Positions 29,029 through 41,527 of a stretch of DNA of 64,000 nt are shown here, piece by piece. The notes under the pieces are model-generated. The model made no database searches and was not told the DNA's origin. It saw only the letters and a program-made list of their open reading frames with translations. The translations under genes and the position numbers were made by a program. The first letter of the stretch is position 1. Each line of letters starts with the position of its first letter. Source of the DNA: Candidatus Dadabacteria bacterium (lineage in GTDB: Bacteria; Desulfobacterota_D; UBA1144; Nemesobacterales; Nemesobacteraceae); the NCBI GenBank assembly GCA_951812735.1, contig OX638332.1, positions 1,362,508-1,426,507 of the forward strand. The letters run 5' to 3'.

Positions 29029-29068
29029 CAGCAAAAATCATTTGGGTTGGCAACGGATACAGTGGTTG

Positions 29069-30835
<1,767 letters not shown>

Positions 30836-30837
30836 AA

Positions 30838-31479
30838 TTGATAATAAAATGCGTTCCGGGCGGAATATTCATTGAAAACTGCTATATCATAGGGGATGAA
30901 GATACCAACGAGGCAATGCTCGTTGATCCCGGAGAGCAGATAGAGGAGATATCCGCGGAAATCGAAAAATCAGGGCTCGAGGTAAAAAAGATAGTCAACA
31001 CCCACACGCATCTAGACCACGTGGCTGGCGTTGAGGTTTTCAAGAAAAAGTTCGGCATACCCTTTTACATACACCAAAAAGAACAGCCTGTGCTAGATGT
31101 GCTTCCCGAGGCGAAGATGAGGTTCCCCGGATTTGAATTCGTCGAGGTTCCCGAAGTAGACGGCTACGTTAAGGAAGGAGACACTCTTTCCGTAGGGAAT
31201 CTCAGGGGAGAGATACTTCTTGTCCCGGGCCACACTTGGGGCCACATATGCTTTGTTTTCGAAGAATCGATAATAGCGGGTGACACGGTTTTCGCAGGGA
31301 GCGTCGGCAGGGTAGATCTTACGGGGGGAACGACCATGGAGGAACTTATCGGGTCGATACGCTCCGAGATTCTTAAATATCCCGACCACTACGAAATCCA
31401 TCCGGGTCACGGTCCCCAAACGACCGTGGGAATTGAAAAAGGAACCAATCCTTTTCTTGTTGGGAGTTTCGTGCTGTAG
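30838..31479 (+). CDS. MBL-fold metallo-hydrolase (glyoxalase II-like)
   Basis: HTHLDH metal-binding motif. The start is a TTG at 30838, 7 nt after GGAG. Confidence 0.75.
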   Translation: MIIKCVPGGIFIENCYIIGDEDTNEAMLVDPGEQIEEISAEIEKSGLEVKKIVNTHTHLDHVAGVEVFKKKFGIPFYIHQKEQPVLDVLPEAKMRFPGFEFVEVPEVDGYVKEGDTLSVGNLRGEILLVPGHTWGHICFVFEESIIAGDTVFAGSVGRVDLTGGTTMEELIGSIRSEILKYPDHYEIHPGHGPQTTVGIEKGTNPFLVGSFVL

Positions 31480-31486
31480 AGGGCAT

Positions 31487-31762
31487 ATGAAACCGGAGAA
31501 ATTCATCAGGCTGGCTGTATATTCGGTAATCGCCGTGGTGGTAGCCTTAATGTTTTTCAACGAAATTTCCAAGGTCTATTTTCTCAAGAACGAAAACAAG
31601 AGGATAGAGAAGAGAATAGAGGACCTAGAAGCGCAGAACAGTGCGTACAAAGAAGAAATAAGAGCCTTGAAGCAGGACGAAAGATACATTGAGAAAATAC
31701 TGAGAGAAGAGCTGGGGATGATAAAGGAAAAAGAAAAGATATTCAGGTTCAAAGAAGAATAA
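31487..31762 (+). CDS. ftsB: Septum formation initiator FtsB/DivIC-like protein
   Basis: 91 aa with a single TM followed by a coiled coil (IEKRIEDLEAQNSAYKEEIRALKQDERYIEKILREELGMIKEKE). Confidence 0.6.
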   Translation: MKPEKFIRLAVYSVIAVVVALMFFNEISKVYFLKNENKRIEKRIEDLEAQNSAYKEEIRALKQDERYIEKILREELGMIKEKEKIFRFKEE

Positions 31763-31828
31763 TTTTGAGTCTTCATTCTTTGCTTCCATACCCAAAAGCT
31801 GCTCTCAATTAGTATCCGTTTTAAGCGG

Positions 31829-32647
31829 ATGGATGATATGAAGCGGGAGCAGATATTCCGTCAGACTAAAAGGCTTGGACAGAATTTTCTAAACGACCCC
31901 AACATACTCCGTAAAATCTGTGCTGCCGCAAAACTCCGCGAAGAAGACCAAGTGATTGAAATCGGGCCCGGCAAAGGCAGCCTCACGGAACATCTCGTGC
32001 TTGGCGCCAGTGCGGTCACGGCGGTTGAAAAAGACACTAGGCTCAAGACTTTTCTTGACGAGAAATTCGCAGAATCCGAAAACATCAAGTTCGTTTACGA
32101 AGATGTCCTTAAAATCAGTTTCAGCCGTTTTTCCACCGGGAAAAAAATGAAGCTAGTATCCAATCTTCCCTACAACATATCCAGCCAGATTCTTTTAAAG
32201 CTTCTTGATGAGAGAGAACTTTTTTCAAAAATAGTTGTAATGCTGCAAAAGGAAGTGGCACAGAGAATATCTTCTCCAAAGGGACGAAAAAGCTACGGTT
32301 CCCTCTCGGTGTTTCTGCAGAGCTGTTTCAGCGTAAAACTTGCCTTCCGGGTTTCTCGACATGCGTTTTATCCGGTTCCCGAGGTGGATTCGGCGGTGGT
32401 GGTTCTTGATCCGCTGAAAGATCCTGTGTTTCCGGTATCAAATGAGAAAACTTTCAGAGCTGTTACTAGGCACGCGTTTTCCTCTCGGAGAAAGACCATA
32501 AAGAATTCGCTGGGTAACTTTTTTGAGAGAGAGATGGTTGAGCGGGCGCTTTCGGATTCGGGAATCGATCAGGGAAGAAGGGCGGAATCGCTTTCGGTTG
32601 AGGAATTCGCGAGGTTAGCGGACAGTTTCCGCGAAATAAATCAGTAG
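31829..32647 (+). CDS. rsmA: 16S rRNA (adenine1518/1519-N6)-dimethyltransferase
   Basis: LGQNFL, IEIGPGKGSLT and NLPYNISS motifs. Confidence 0.9.
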   Translation: MDDMKREQIFRQTKRLGQNFLNDPNILRKICAAAKLREEDQVIEIGPGKGSLTEHLVLGASAVTAVEKDTRLKTFLDEKFAESENIKFVYEDVLKISFSRFSTGKKMKLVSNLPYNISSQILLKLLDERELFSKIVVMLQKEVAQRISSPKGRKSYGSLSVFLQSCFSVKLAFRVSRHAFYPVPEVDSAVVVLDPLKDPVFPVSNEKTFRAVTRHAFSSRRKTIKNSLGNFFEREMVERALSDSGIDQGRRAESLSVEEFARLADSFREINQ

Positions 32648-34044
32648 ACAAGCTCTCGCAGAAGCAGATTCTGAAGTTTTTTCACTCTTGCTCCCATGCC
32701 GTTTGATATGATGGAAAAAACGTAAACCCTCCCGTTTTTCCCGAAGACGTAACCGGACAGGGACCTGGCTCCCTCAAGATATCCGGTTTTTGCGTAAACT
32801 TTGCCTTTAAGATTGCGAAATCTTTTTTTAAGAGTTCCGTCAACTCCGGCGACCGGTAGGGATGCTATAAACTCCTCGGAAATATCCGGGTCTTCGTAGG
32901 CCTTGGCGAGCGCATGGGTTATATCTTCCGCCGAAACCATGTTCAGTCTTGAAAGACCGGAGCCGTCAGCCATGGAGAAGTTTCCGTTGAGGCCGATTCT
33001 CCTCAGGTGATTCTCAATTATGTAAGTACCGGATTTCCAAGAGCCGGGAGTACTTAGAAACTTGGCGCCGATTACCTTTACTATGCTTTCTCCGATTATG
33101 TTAACGCTTTCCTTGTTGTACTCATGGATAATGGTGCCCAGGGGCTCTGAATAATGGGTGAATATTTTGCCGGTCCACCGGGGCACCCTCCCGCGGTCTA
33201 TGGGCCCGTTTACTTCGATTCCCTCCTCCTCAAGAACTCTCTTGAGTACAGCTCCGAAGTAAAAAAACGGGTCGGGCACTGAAAGTTCCAGGGTTTCGGC
33301 TTTTTTTCGGGAGGAAACGTATCCAGAAATCTTGAGTTCATTTCGTTCGTTGTATTCTGCTCTCACGCCTGACCTCTTTAGCGAGGCGGAAACCTTGCTT
33401 CTAATCGGGAAGGGGAACTCTGCGGGGTCTGTTCTCACTGTCACGGGCGCCCCCTGCACCCTAGAAGCGGAAATCTTTATCTTGGCCGAGTTGTAATTAA
33501 ACGAAATCGCCGTCACGGGAGGACAGAAACTTTTGCCAAACCACTCAGGATCCCATCCTTCTCCATAATGGACATCGTCAAAATACGAACCGTCGAGGTG
33601 AATCCCGCCTTCGATCGCGGTTATCCCGAGGGCCTTAATCCGTCCTGCGATCTCCCGAATTCTCTCGATGTCTATCGTGGGGTCTCCGAACCCTTTTACG
33701 TAAAGACCTCCGTGGCCGACCCCGGAATGTATTCCTCCGCCCAGATAAAAATTCGTTTTGAAACGGAAATTCTTTCCGAGAAGGGAAAGCGCCGCTATGG
33801 AGGAGAGTATTTTGTTGTTGGAAGCGGGGATGAATTCCTTTTTGCTGTTATAGCGGAAAATCGTTCTGCCTGTATCGGCCGAGCGGACCATGATCCCGAT
33901 TTTCCTTTGCGACGAGGTGTTTTTCGAGATGAAGGAGAGGATTTTTTTGTGGTTTACATCAGCATAGGAGGATGTCGCCGGCACAAAGGCGAAGAGTAAA
34001 ACCAGCATACGCAGAATCAAGATCTTTCTTCCGGAATTTGTCAT
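32641..34044 (-). CDS. dacB: D-alanyl-D-alanine carboxypeptidase/endopeptidase (PBP4, peptidase S13)
   Basis: 467 aa with a signal peptide, S13 family motifs (SNNK, KTG) and a conserved C-terminal region. Confidence 0.8.
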   Translation of the reverse strand: MTNSGRKILILRMLVLLFAFVPATSSYADVNHKKILSFISKNTSSQRKIGIMVRSADTGRTIFRYNSKKEFIPASNNKILSSIAALSLLGKNFRFKTNFYLGGGIHSGVGHGGLYVKGFGDPTIDIERIREIAGRIKALGITAIEGGIHLDGSYFDDVHYGEGWDPEWFGKSFCPPVTAISFNYNSAKIKISASRVQGAPVTVRTDPAEFPFPIRSKVSASLKRSGVRAEYNERNELKISGYVSSRKKAETLELSVPDPFFYFGAVLKRVLEEEGIEVNGPIDRGRVPRWTGKIFTHYSEPLGTIIHEYNKESVNIIGESIVKVIGAKFLSTPGSWKSGTYIIENHLRRIGLNGNFSMADGSGLSRLNMVSAEDITHALAKAYEDPDISEEFIASLPVAGVDGTLKKRFRNLKGKVYAKTGYLEGARSLSGYVFGKNGRVYVFSIISNGMGARVKKLQNLLLRELVY

Positions 34045-34061
34045 TGCTGTATTCTTCGAGC

Positions 34062-36749
34062 TCAGTGGGCTTCGGCCCAGTTCTCCGCGGCGCGCATCTC
34101 CACTCTGAGCGGCACCCTAAGCTCCCAGGCGTTTTCCATGTCGTTTTTTATATGAGTTCTCAGTTCTTCAAGTTCCGTTTCATGAATCTCGAAAAGAAGT
34201 TCGTCGTGAACCTGAAGAATCATCTTGGAAGAAAATCCCCCTTCTTCAAGTCTTCTGAGTATGCGGATCATGGCCAGATTTATTATATCTGCCGCGGACC
34301 CCTGTATCGGAGTGTTTACAGCTTCCCGCTCACCCCTGTTCCTCTCCACCCTGTTTCTCGACACAAGCTCCGGTATCGGCCTTCTTCTCCCGACAAGAGT
34401 CTCGGTGTATCCTCTGCTTCTCGCTTCTTCAACCGATGACTGCATATAGGTTTTCACTTCCGAATATCTGTCAAAATACCTGTTTATGTAGTTTCTTGAG
34501 ACCGAGACCGTGGTGCCAAGTTGCTTTGAGAGTCCGAAAGCACTTATACCGTATATTATCCCGAAGTTTATGGTCTTGGCGAGATTCCGCATCTCGGAGG
34601 TGATCTGGTCTTCGCGTGCGTTAAAGATTTCGCAGGCCGTGGCGACATGCACGTCCTTGTCGTTTCGGAGTGCCTCAAGCAGGGTCGGGTCCCCCGAGAA
34701 ATGGGCTAGCAGGCGAATTTCTATCTGGGAATAATCGGCTGACAGTATGACGCAGTCGTTTCTCGCCACAAAAGATTTTCTTATTCTTTTGCCATCCTCG
34801 GTTTTTATCGGGATATTCTGAAGATTGGGATCGCTTGAACTCAGTCTTCCGGTTGAAGTGCCGGCGGGATTAAAAGATGTGTGGATCCTTCCCGTGGCCG
34901 GATTGATAAGCCTTGGGAGCTGGTCAATGTAAGTGGATTTCAGTTTGGAGAGAAACCGGTGTCTAAGTATGAGGCGGGGCACCTCGTGGATTGTCGAGAG
35001 ATCTCTCAGCACTTCTGAGTCGGTGGAAAAAGCGCCTTTCGCGGTTTTCTTCCTGGCAGGAAGACGGAGCTTCTCGAAAAGCACTTCGGAGAGTTGCTTC
35101 GTTGAATTTATATTAAACTCTCTTTCTGTTTTTTCGTATATCTCGGCCTCGATGGAACCGAGATCCTTTTCAAATTCCTCCGACATCTCCTCAAGAATTG
35201 CGGTGTCAACGCTCACTCCCGTAAACTCCATGTCGCAGAGAACCGGAAGAAGCCCCAGAACGTTTTCCCTGTAAAGATCCCAGAGACCCTCTTGTCTGAG
35301 AGTCTCGAGAAATTTCCTTGAGAGAAGAAGCGCCACGTCGGAATCTTCGCAGGAATATCTTGTCGCCGTCTCGATATCAACTTCGGCGAAACTCTTTTTG
35401 GACTTTCCCTTTCCCGTAACATCGTCGTAGGAAATCATCCTGTGACCGAGCTCCGTCCTCGAGAGCTCATCAAGCTTGTAGCTTGTCCGGGAGGCGTCCA
35501 GCAGGTGTGCCGCAAGCATCGTGTCAAAGTAAATTCCCCTGAGCGTGACTCCGTGATTTCTAAGCACGAGCATCTCGTATTTTATATTCTGACCTATTTT
35601 TTTTACGTCCTCAGATTCCAAAACGGGTTTAAGCATCGAAAGAGCCGTGTCAATGTTCATCTGTTTTCCGGCTTCCATAATGTCCGTGTGTCCCACCGGA
35701 ACGTAAAAAGCGTGTCCCGGGGAGGAGCAGAGCGAAAAACCTACTATGCGGGCATTCATTGGCAGCTTTGAGTTCGTCTCGAGGTCTATTGAGAGCTCTC
35801 CCGCTTCCTCTATCATGCTTATGATCTGGCCGAGGGATTTTTCCTCGAAAACGGTTTCGTAAGAGTCGTATCCTACCGCTTCGCCGTCGCTTGAAGATGA
35901 AGAGTCTCCGATCTCATCAAGGAGTTTTCCAAACTCAAGTTCTCTGAATATTCCCCGGAGGTCTTCTGCCGCGTATCCTCCGTATCTGAAATCCTCGATT
36001 CCGGTCCCGATCTCGACGTCCGTTTTTATGGTAACGAGTTCTCGGCTCAGGTACGCGTCATCTTTATGTTCCCGGAGTCTCCGGGCGACGCTTGGGCGAA
36101 GCTCGTCGAGATTACCGTATACGCCCTCGAGGTTTCCGTAACTGGATATGAGGGCCGAGGCGGTTTTCTCCCCTACGCCCGCGACTCCCGGCACGTTATC
36201 GACCTTGTCTCCCACAAGGGCGAAGAAATCGATCATCTGTCCGGGTTCGATTCCGTATTTCTGCTGAACTTCCCGCACCCCGGTTACCCGCTCCCTCATT
36301 GTGTCAACCAGCGTCACGTTCTCGGACACCATCTGGCAGAAGTCCTTGTCTCCGGTAATCAGAACGACCTTTGATTCTTCCTGCGCCTTGGCTATAGTTC
36401 CCATGATGTCGTCTGCCTCGTATCCTTCCATTGCAAGCATCGGGATTGAAAACGCCTGTACCAGTTCGAAAATTTTCGGGAACTGAACCTTGAGGTCCTC
36501 GGGAGCCTCGTCCCTGTTGGCCTTGTACTCTGGATATATTTCGTTTCTGAATACCTCTCCCTTGGAGTCAAACACTATCCCCAGGTACCTCGGTTCGTAT
36601 TCCCTGAGAAACTTAAGGAGCATGTTGGCAAATCCGTAGACGGCGTTTGTGGGAAACCCCTCGGAGGTTGAGAGATCGGCTCTTATGCCGTAATACGCCC
36701 TGAATATGTATGAACTGCCGTCGATCAGATAAAGCGGGTGTTGGGACAT
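34062..36749 (-). CDS. polA: DNA polymerase I
   Basis: 895 aa with an N-terminal 5-prime nuclease, a 3-prime-to-5-prime exonuclease-like region and the family A polymerase motifs (DYSQIELR, RRxAKxxNFGxxYG, VHDE). Confidence 0.95.
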   Translation of the reverse strand: MSQHPLYLIDGSSYIFRAYYGIRADLSTSEGFPTNAVYGFANMLLKFLREYEPRYLGIVFDSKGEVFRNEIYPEYKANRDEAPEDLKVQFPKIFELVQAFSIPMLAMEGYEADDIMGTIAKAQEESKVVLITGDKDFCQMVSENVTLVDTMRERVTGVREVQQKYGIEPGQMIDFFALVGDKVDNVPGVAGVGEKTASALISSYGNLEGVYGNLDELRPSVARRLREHKDDAYLSRELVTIKTDVEIGTGIEDFRYGGYAAEDLRGIFRELEFGKLLDEIGDSSSSSDGEAVGYDSYETVFEEKSLGQIISMIEEAGELSIDLETNSKLPMNARIVGFSLCSSPGHAFYVPVGHTDIMEAGKQMNIDTALSMLKPVLESEDVKKIGQNIKYEMLVLRNHGVTLRGIYFDTMLAAHLLDASRTSYKLDELSRTELGHRMISYDDVTGKGKSKKSFAEVDIETATRYSCEDSDVALLLSRKFLETLRQEGLWDLYRENVLGLLPVLCDMEFTGVSVDTAILEEMSEEFEKDLGSIEAEIYEKTEREFNINSTKQLSEVLFEKLRLPARKKTAKGAFSTDSEVLRDLSTIHEVPRLILRHRFLSKLKSTYIDQLPRLINPATGRIHTSFNPAGTSTGRLSSSDPNLQNIPIKTEDGKRIRKSFVARNDCVILSADYSQIEIRLLAHFSGDPTLLEALRNDKDVHVATACEIFNAREDQITSEMRNLAKTINFGIIYGISAFGLSKQLGTTVSVSRNYINRYFDRYSEVKTYMQSSVEEARSRGYTETLVGRRRPIPELVSRNRVERNRGEREAVNTPIQGSAADIINLAMIRILRRLEEGGFSSKMILQVHDELLFEIHETELEELRTHIKNDMENAWELRVPLRVEMRAAENWAEAH

Positions 36750-36853
36750 GAAGGAAACCGCTTACGCGTTATTCATTAAGTATACCCAACCGCCCTTGCG
36801 GTGGGGAATCCAGTTCGCCGATGCGGTCTTGGCTGCGCCGCGCGGGGAAAACG

Positions 36854-37495
36854 TTACTTCTTTGCGCTGTACACGAACGCGGGAGGAAAATTAGACCACA
36901 CGGTTTTCGACTTGACGACGTTTGAGAATTTGCTTCGCAGGATTGAGCGGAATCTCCTGGCGTTTGGAACCATCATGCTGATTGAGTAACTGAAGGTAAC
37001 CATTTTGCCCCCGGGTCTCAGCACGTCCCAGATAACGTCAAGCAGCCTGTCCTGGGTTCCGTGGTCAAACACCGCCCACGGAAGACTTGAAATAATGCAG
37101 TCACAGGAATCTTTTCCGTGCTGCTCAAGGTACTTTTTCATATTCTCCGCAGAATCCTTGTAGACTGTCGCGGAAGGACATCGGGATTTGGTTGCTTCGC
37201 AGAACTCGGGATTGATCTCTATTGCGAAAAACAGCGTTTCGGGGTTCTTCTTCTCTAAAATTTTCTCGGTAAAGACCCCGGTTCCCGAGCCAAGTTCTAC
37301 CACGGTTCCCATCTCGCCGAGCCGGGCAGTCTGAGTGACGAGTTCCGACAGTTCTTCATTTGAAGGCGTTATTGATCCCGTGTTCTGGGGATACCTTAAG
37401 AACTGCTTTATGTAACCATACGCTCCGAGTTTCAAAGACGCCTCCGATAAAACACAAATTAGGCTAATTATAATATCTAGAGGTGTTTTGTCCAT
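36854..37495 (-). CDS. Class I SAM-dependent methyltransferase
   Basis: 213 aa with GxGxG motif I (VELGSGTGVFT) and a motif post I acidic residue. Confidence 0.6.
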   Translation of the reverse strand: MDKTPLDIIISLICVLSEASLKLGAYGYIKQFLRYPQNTGSITPSNEELSELVTQTARLGEMGTVVELGSGTGVFTEKILEKKNPETLFFAIEINPEFCEATKSRCPSATVYKDSAENMKKYLEQHGKDSCDCIISSLPWAVFDHGTQDRLLDVIWDVLRPGGKMVTFSYSISMMVPNARRFRSILRSKFSNVVKSKTVWSNFPPAFVYSAKK

Positions 37496-37630
37496 CTGCT
37501 TCTCCCGAAAACGCGGACCTTCAGGTTTCTTCGCTTCCCGACCGGGAAAGGATTGTATTCTGTAATTCCGGTATTATATAAACCGTAATCAGCACCCTTG
37601 GATGGTTTGAAACCGGCGGGCAACGCAGCG

Positions 37631-38965
37631 ATGTTTGAAGGAATCTCGAAAAAACTCGGCACCACCCTCAAAAGGATAGGGGGATACGGAAAGCTGAGTG
37701 AAAAGAACATAGAAGACGCGCTTCGAGAGGTGCGCCTGAGCCTTCTTGAAGCCGACGTCAATTTCAGGGTGGTCCGCCAGTTCACAGGGCTTGTCAAGGA
37801 AAGAGCGCTGGGCCGCGAGGTGGAGAGGAGTCTTAATCCGGGACAGCAGTTCATAAAAATAGTCAAGGAGGAGCTTACCGGTATTCTGGGGCAGGAAAAC
37901 GAGCCCCTGAATCTTAACGTTGCGCCTCCTGTGATAATAATGCTGGTCGGGCTCCAGGGTTCGGGAAAAACCACCACGGCGTCGAAGCTTGCAAAATTCC
38001 TTAAGGAGCGCCACGGAAAAACTCCGCTGCTTGTCCCCGCGGACATCTACCGCCCCGCCGCGATAGAGCAGCTCAAGGTGCTTGGAGAAAAAACAGGCGT
38101 GAGCGTCTACGATACCGTGGCCGGGACGAACCCGGTGGACGTGTGCGTGGACGCGGTTTCAGTTTCTGCGAAGCAGGGAGCGGACGTGGTGATCATAGAC
38201 ACTGCGGGACGCCTTCATCTTGACCGCGAGCTTATGGATGAGCTTGGGAGCATAAAGAAGAAGGTAAATCCCCATGAGATCCTTCTAGTCGCCGACTCGA
38301 TGACGGGGCAGGATGCCGTGAACGTTTCTCAGGGCTTTGATGAAGCTATTGATCTCGATGGCGTGGTTCTTACAAAAATGGACGCGGACGCGAGGGGAGG
38401 TGCTGCCCTTTCGATAAAGGCTACCACCGGCAAGCCGATCAAGTTTTTCGGAACCGGGGAAAAAGCCGACGCGCTTGAGGTCTTTCACCCCGAGAGAATA
38501 GCTTCGAGGATCCTCGGCATGGGAGATGTCCTGAGTCTCATAGAGAAAGCGGAGGACGCTTTTGAAGAGGAGAGAACGAAAAAACTCGCCGAAAGAATAT
38601 CCAAGAAACAGTTCTCTCTTGAAGACTACAGGGAATCGATAGTAGCCATGGGCAAACTCGGCTCGATAGAAAGCATAGCGCATATGGTTCCGGGAATGAA
38701 AAAGATCACCGATAACCCCGAAGCGATGGTAAAGGCCGAGGTCGAGATAAAAAAGAGTCTTGCGATAATCAATTCCATGACCTTGCCCGAAAGAAGGAAC
38801 CACGCGATTCTAAACGGCAGTCGCAGGAAGAGAATCGCTAAGGGAAGCGGCACTACGGTACCTGACGTAAACCGCATGATAAAAAACTACATACAGATGC
38901 GAAACATGATGAAAAATATGGGGAAAATGGGTAAACTAGCAAAAAGAATGACGAAGTTCAGATAA
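37631..38965 (+). CDS. ffh: Signal recognition particle protein Ffh
   Basis: N, G and M domains with [10 protein letters not shown] and a Met-rich C-terminus. The start is at MFEGISKKL. Confidence 0.93.
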   Translation: MFEGISKKLGTTLKRIGGYGKLSEKNIEDALREVRLSLLEADVNFRVVRQFTGLVKERALGREVERSLNPGQQFIKIVKEELTGILGQENEPLNLNVAPPVIIMLVGLQGSGKTTTASKLAKFLKERHGKTPLLVPADIYRPAAIEQLKVLGEKTGVSVYDTVAGTNPVDVCVDAVSVSAKQGADVVIIDTAGRLHLDRELMDELGSIKKKVNPHEILLVADSMTGQDAVNVSQGFDEAIDLDGVVLTKMDADARGGAALSIKATTGKPIKFFGTGEKADALEVFHPERIASRILGMGDVLSLIEKAEDAFEEERTKKLAERISKKQFSLEDYRESIVAMGKLGSIESIAHMVPGMKKITDNPEAMVKAEVEIKKSLAIINSMTLPERRNHAILNGSRRKRIAKGSGTTVPDVNRMIKNYIQMRNMMKNMGKMGKLAKRMTKFR

Positions 38966-39008
38966 CGGAAGCATATCTTTAGCCCCGAATCTAGGAGGTA
39001 GTAGCAGT

Positions 39009-39242
39009 TTGGTTAAGATAAGGTTGAGCAGAATAGGATCAAAGAAAAGGCCGTTTTACAGGATAGTCGCGGCGGATGTGCGTTCCCCGCGCGATGGGAA
39101 ATTTCTCGAAATACTGGGACATTATGATCCGAGAAAAAAACCCCACGAACTGAAGATAGACATTGAAAGAGTGAAAGCATGGATGGATAACGGCGCCAAA
39201 ACAACCAACAGGGTGAGCAAGCTCATATCTCAGGTTGCGTAG
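39009..39242 (+). CDS. rpsP: 30S ribosomal protein S16
   Basis: [20 protein letters not shown] signature, with a TTG start. Confidence 0.93.
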   Translation: MVKIRLSRIGSKKRPFYRIVAADVRSPRDGKFLEILGHYDPRKKPHELKIDIERVKAWMDNGAKTTNRVSKLISQVA

Positions 39243-39295
39243 CATATTTTCTTCCACGCGAAAATTTATACAAAAAATTTTTAGTTTCAGGAGGG

Positions 39296-39544
39296 ATGCT
39301 CCTTATGAGTCAACTCAGAGAGTTTGTCGAGTTCATGGCTAAATCCATTGTCGACAGTCCCGAAGAGGTTCGGGTGACGGAAGTAGCGGGCGAGAAGACT
39401 ACGGTTATTGAACTTAGAGTGGCCTCCGAAGACCTGGGGAAGGTAATTGGAAAGCAGGGAAGAACGGCAAAGGCGATTCGTAGCATACTGAATGCCGCGG
39501 CCGCGAAAATGAAAAAACGCGCCGTTTTGGAGATTCTTGAATAG
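39296..39544 (+). CDS. KH-domain RNA-binding protein (YlqC/UPF0109 family)
   Basis: 82 aa with a [17 protein letters not shown] motif, in the conserved position between rpsP and rimM. Confidence 0.8.
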   Translation: MLLMSQLREFVEFMAKSIVDSPEEVRVTEVAGEKTTVIELRVASEDLGKVIGKQGRTAKAIRSILNAAAAKMKKRAVLEILE

Positions 39545-39546
39545 CA

Positions 39547-40080
39547 TTGCCGGAAAGTGCGAAACAAAGTCTTGTCCTCTACGGGAAAATAACGAAAAAA
39601 CACGGCCTTTGTGGTGAAGTGAAAGTGTTTGCCTTCGGCGGACACCCCAAAACCCTCTCCGGAGTAAAAAAAGTCTACGTAGAGATTCCCGACCAGAGAG
39701 AACCTAGAAAATTTATCTTGTCCGGGATAAAGATCCAGAAAAACACCGCAATCCTGAAGTTAGAGGGCATTGATACGCCCGAGGCCGCAGACGGGCTGAA
39801 AAACCTGCACGTGCTGGTAGAAAGAAACGACCTGCAGCCCCCGGAGGAAGACGAATATTACTGGTCTGATCTCATCGGGCTTCGGGTCTGCACCTCCAGC
39901 GGAGAGAATATCGGAGAGGTAAAGGAGCTGATCGATTCGGGCGGACACGATATTCTTGTAATAGAAAGTGCGAGGAGGGAGCGGGAATTCCTGGTTCCGT
40001 TCGTCAGCAGATTCGTGACCGCAGTGGATCTTGACGGTTCGATGATTACTGTGGAAGCGGTAGAGGAGTTCCTCGAATAA
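39547..40080 (+). CDS. rimM: 16S rRNA processing protein RimM
   Basis: 177 aa with RimM N-terminal and PRC barrel-like patterns, in the conserved operon position. Confidence 0.8.
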   Translation: MPESAKQSLVLYGKITKKHGLCGEVKVFAFGGHPKTLSGVKKVYVEIPDQREPRKFILSGIKIQKNTAILKLEGIDTPEAADGLKNLHVLVERNDLQPPEEDEYYWSDLIGLRVCTSSGENIGEVKELIDSGGHDILVIESARREREFLVPFVSRFVTAVDLDGSMITVEAVEEFLE

Positions 40081-40095
40081 CCTCGTGATGTTGCA

Positions 40096-41394
40096 ATGAA
40101 ATTTGACATAGTGACAATTTTTCCGGGTTTTTTCGAATCCGTTTTCTCGTTCGGAGTGATAAGCAGGGCAGTTGAGAACAAGACGGTGGAGATAAACGTC
40201 CATGACCTGAGAGGCTTTTCAGGTGCGAAGCACGGAAAAACGGATGACACTCCGTACGGAGGGGGAAGCGGAATGCTTATGACCCCGGAGCCGATAGGAA
40301 ACGCCGTCTGCGGTATAAGAGAGAAAGGTCTTCGTTCTGCCGTAATTCTCACTACTCCCAAGGGAGAGGAGTTTGACGACCGCAAGGCGCAGGAACTCTG
40401 CGGGTTTGAGCAGTTGATAATAATCTGCGGTCGGTACGAGGGGGTGGACGACAGGATAAACGAACTTTACGTCGACATGGAGATATCGACGGGGAAGTAC
40501 ATAAATTCCGGGGGAGAATACGCCTGTTCCTTGATAGTGGATGCCGTGTCGAGATATCTACCCGGGGTTCTCGGAAACACAGAGTCTCTTGCATCTGAAT
40601 CTCTTAAGAACGGGCTTTTTGAGTATCCTCAGTACACGAAGCCCCGAACTTACAAGGGGAAGGAGGTTCCCGAGATTCTTCTTTCTGGAGACCACGAAAA
40701 GATAAGGAAATGGAGGAGGCGGGAGAGTATAAAAACCACTTTTATCCAGAATCCCGCTTTTCTTGACGACGCGCAGCTCTCCGAGGAAGAAGATGCCTTT
40801 CTAAAAGAGCTTAAGGTCCGCAATTCCCCGGGTTTTAAAGTTTATATAGCGCTGGTTCATTATCCGGCGTACAACAGCCGCCTCGAAGTTATCCCGACTG
40901 CTTTTAAAAGCATAGACGCGCACGACATATCCAGAGACGCCACTACGTATGGAGTGAGGAAATTCTATATGGTAAATCCCGTGGAGGAGCAGCGCCGCCT
41001 TGCAGGCAAGCTTGTTGATCACTGGATCGAGGGAGAGGGAAAGAATTTTAACGAGACCAAAAGCAGGGCCTTCGGCATTATAAGCATAATGAGCACCATT
41101 GAGGAGGTTGTGGAACAGATAGAGAAAATTGAAGGGAAAAAGCCGAAAATAGTAGCTACCGACGCCCGCTTCTCAGACGACATGACGGGTTACCGGGCGC
41201 TTCGGGAGAAAATATTTAAAAACACGGAACCCTTTCTGATCCTTTTCGGCACGGGGTGGGGACTCACGCATGAAACGGTAAAAGCGGCTGACTATGTGCT
41301 GAAACCCATAAGCGGTTACAGCGAATTCAACCATCTTTCGGTAAGAAGCGCGGCCGCCATAGTGCTTGACAGGCTGCTTTCCTGCGGAACCTGA
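40096..41394 (+). CDS. trmD: tRNA (guanine37-N1)-methyltransferase TrmD fused to a second, C-terminal SPOUT-like domain
   Basis: Residues 1-250 are canonical TrmD (MKFDIVTIFPG..., GGGSGMLM, HEKIRKWRR). Residues 250-432 form an additional domain ending in the TrmH/TrmL-like motif LILFGTGWGL...NHLSVRSAAAIVLDRL. Confidence 0.8.
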   Translation: MKFDIVTIFPGFFESVFSFGVISRAVENKTVEINVHDLRGFSGAKHGKTDDTPYGGGSGMLMTPEPIGNAVCGIREKGLRSAVILTTPKGEEFDDRKAQELCGFEQLIIICGRYEGVDDRINELYVDMEISTGKYINSGGEYACSLIVDAVSRYLPGVLGNTESLASESLKNGLFEYPQYTKPRTYKGKEVPEILLSGDHEKIRKWRRRESIKTTFIQNPAFLDDAQLSEEEDAFLKELKVRNSPGFKVYIALVHYPAYNSRLEVIPTAFKSIDAHDISRDATTYGVRKFYMVNPVEEQRRLAGKLVDHWIEGEGKNFNETKSRAFGIISIMSTIEEVVEQIEKIEGKKPKIVATDARFSDDMTGYRALREKIFKNTEPFLILFGTGWGLTHETVKAADYVLKPISGYSEFNHLSVRSAAAIVLDRLLSCGT

Positions 41395-41468
41395 TCCGCT
41401 GAGGCCGGGTGGGGCAGGCGCTTAGAGAACTCTCCGAAGACAGTCGAAAAAAAAGCCCTTTTAATATT

Positions 41469-41497
41469 TTGACAATGCCCGAGAGGTTCTGTATATT
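41469..41497 (+). promoter_or_regulatory. Sigma70 promoter for rplS
   Basis: TTGACA, then 17 bp, then TATATT, located 30 nt before the rplS start. Confidence 0.5.
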
Positions 41498-41527
41498 CAA
41501 CATCCCGCGAAAAGGAAGAGTGAAAAA

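Noticed and set aside
36750-36853. Possible tRNA or small RNA in the gap between polA and the methyltransferase gene
   Set aside because: No cloverleaf could be drawn. It has only a short imperfect hairpin (ccgcccttgcggtgg), consistent with a plain promoter or terminator region.
37477-38046. 189-aa and 141-aa minus-strand ORFs
   Set aside because: They are antisense to the well-supported ffh gene and have no motifs.
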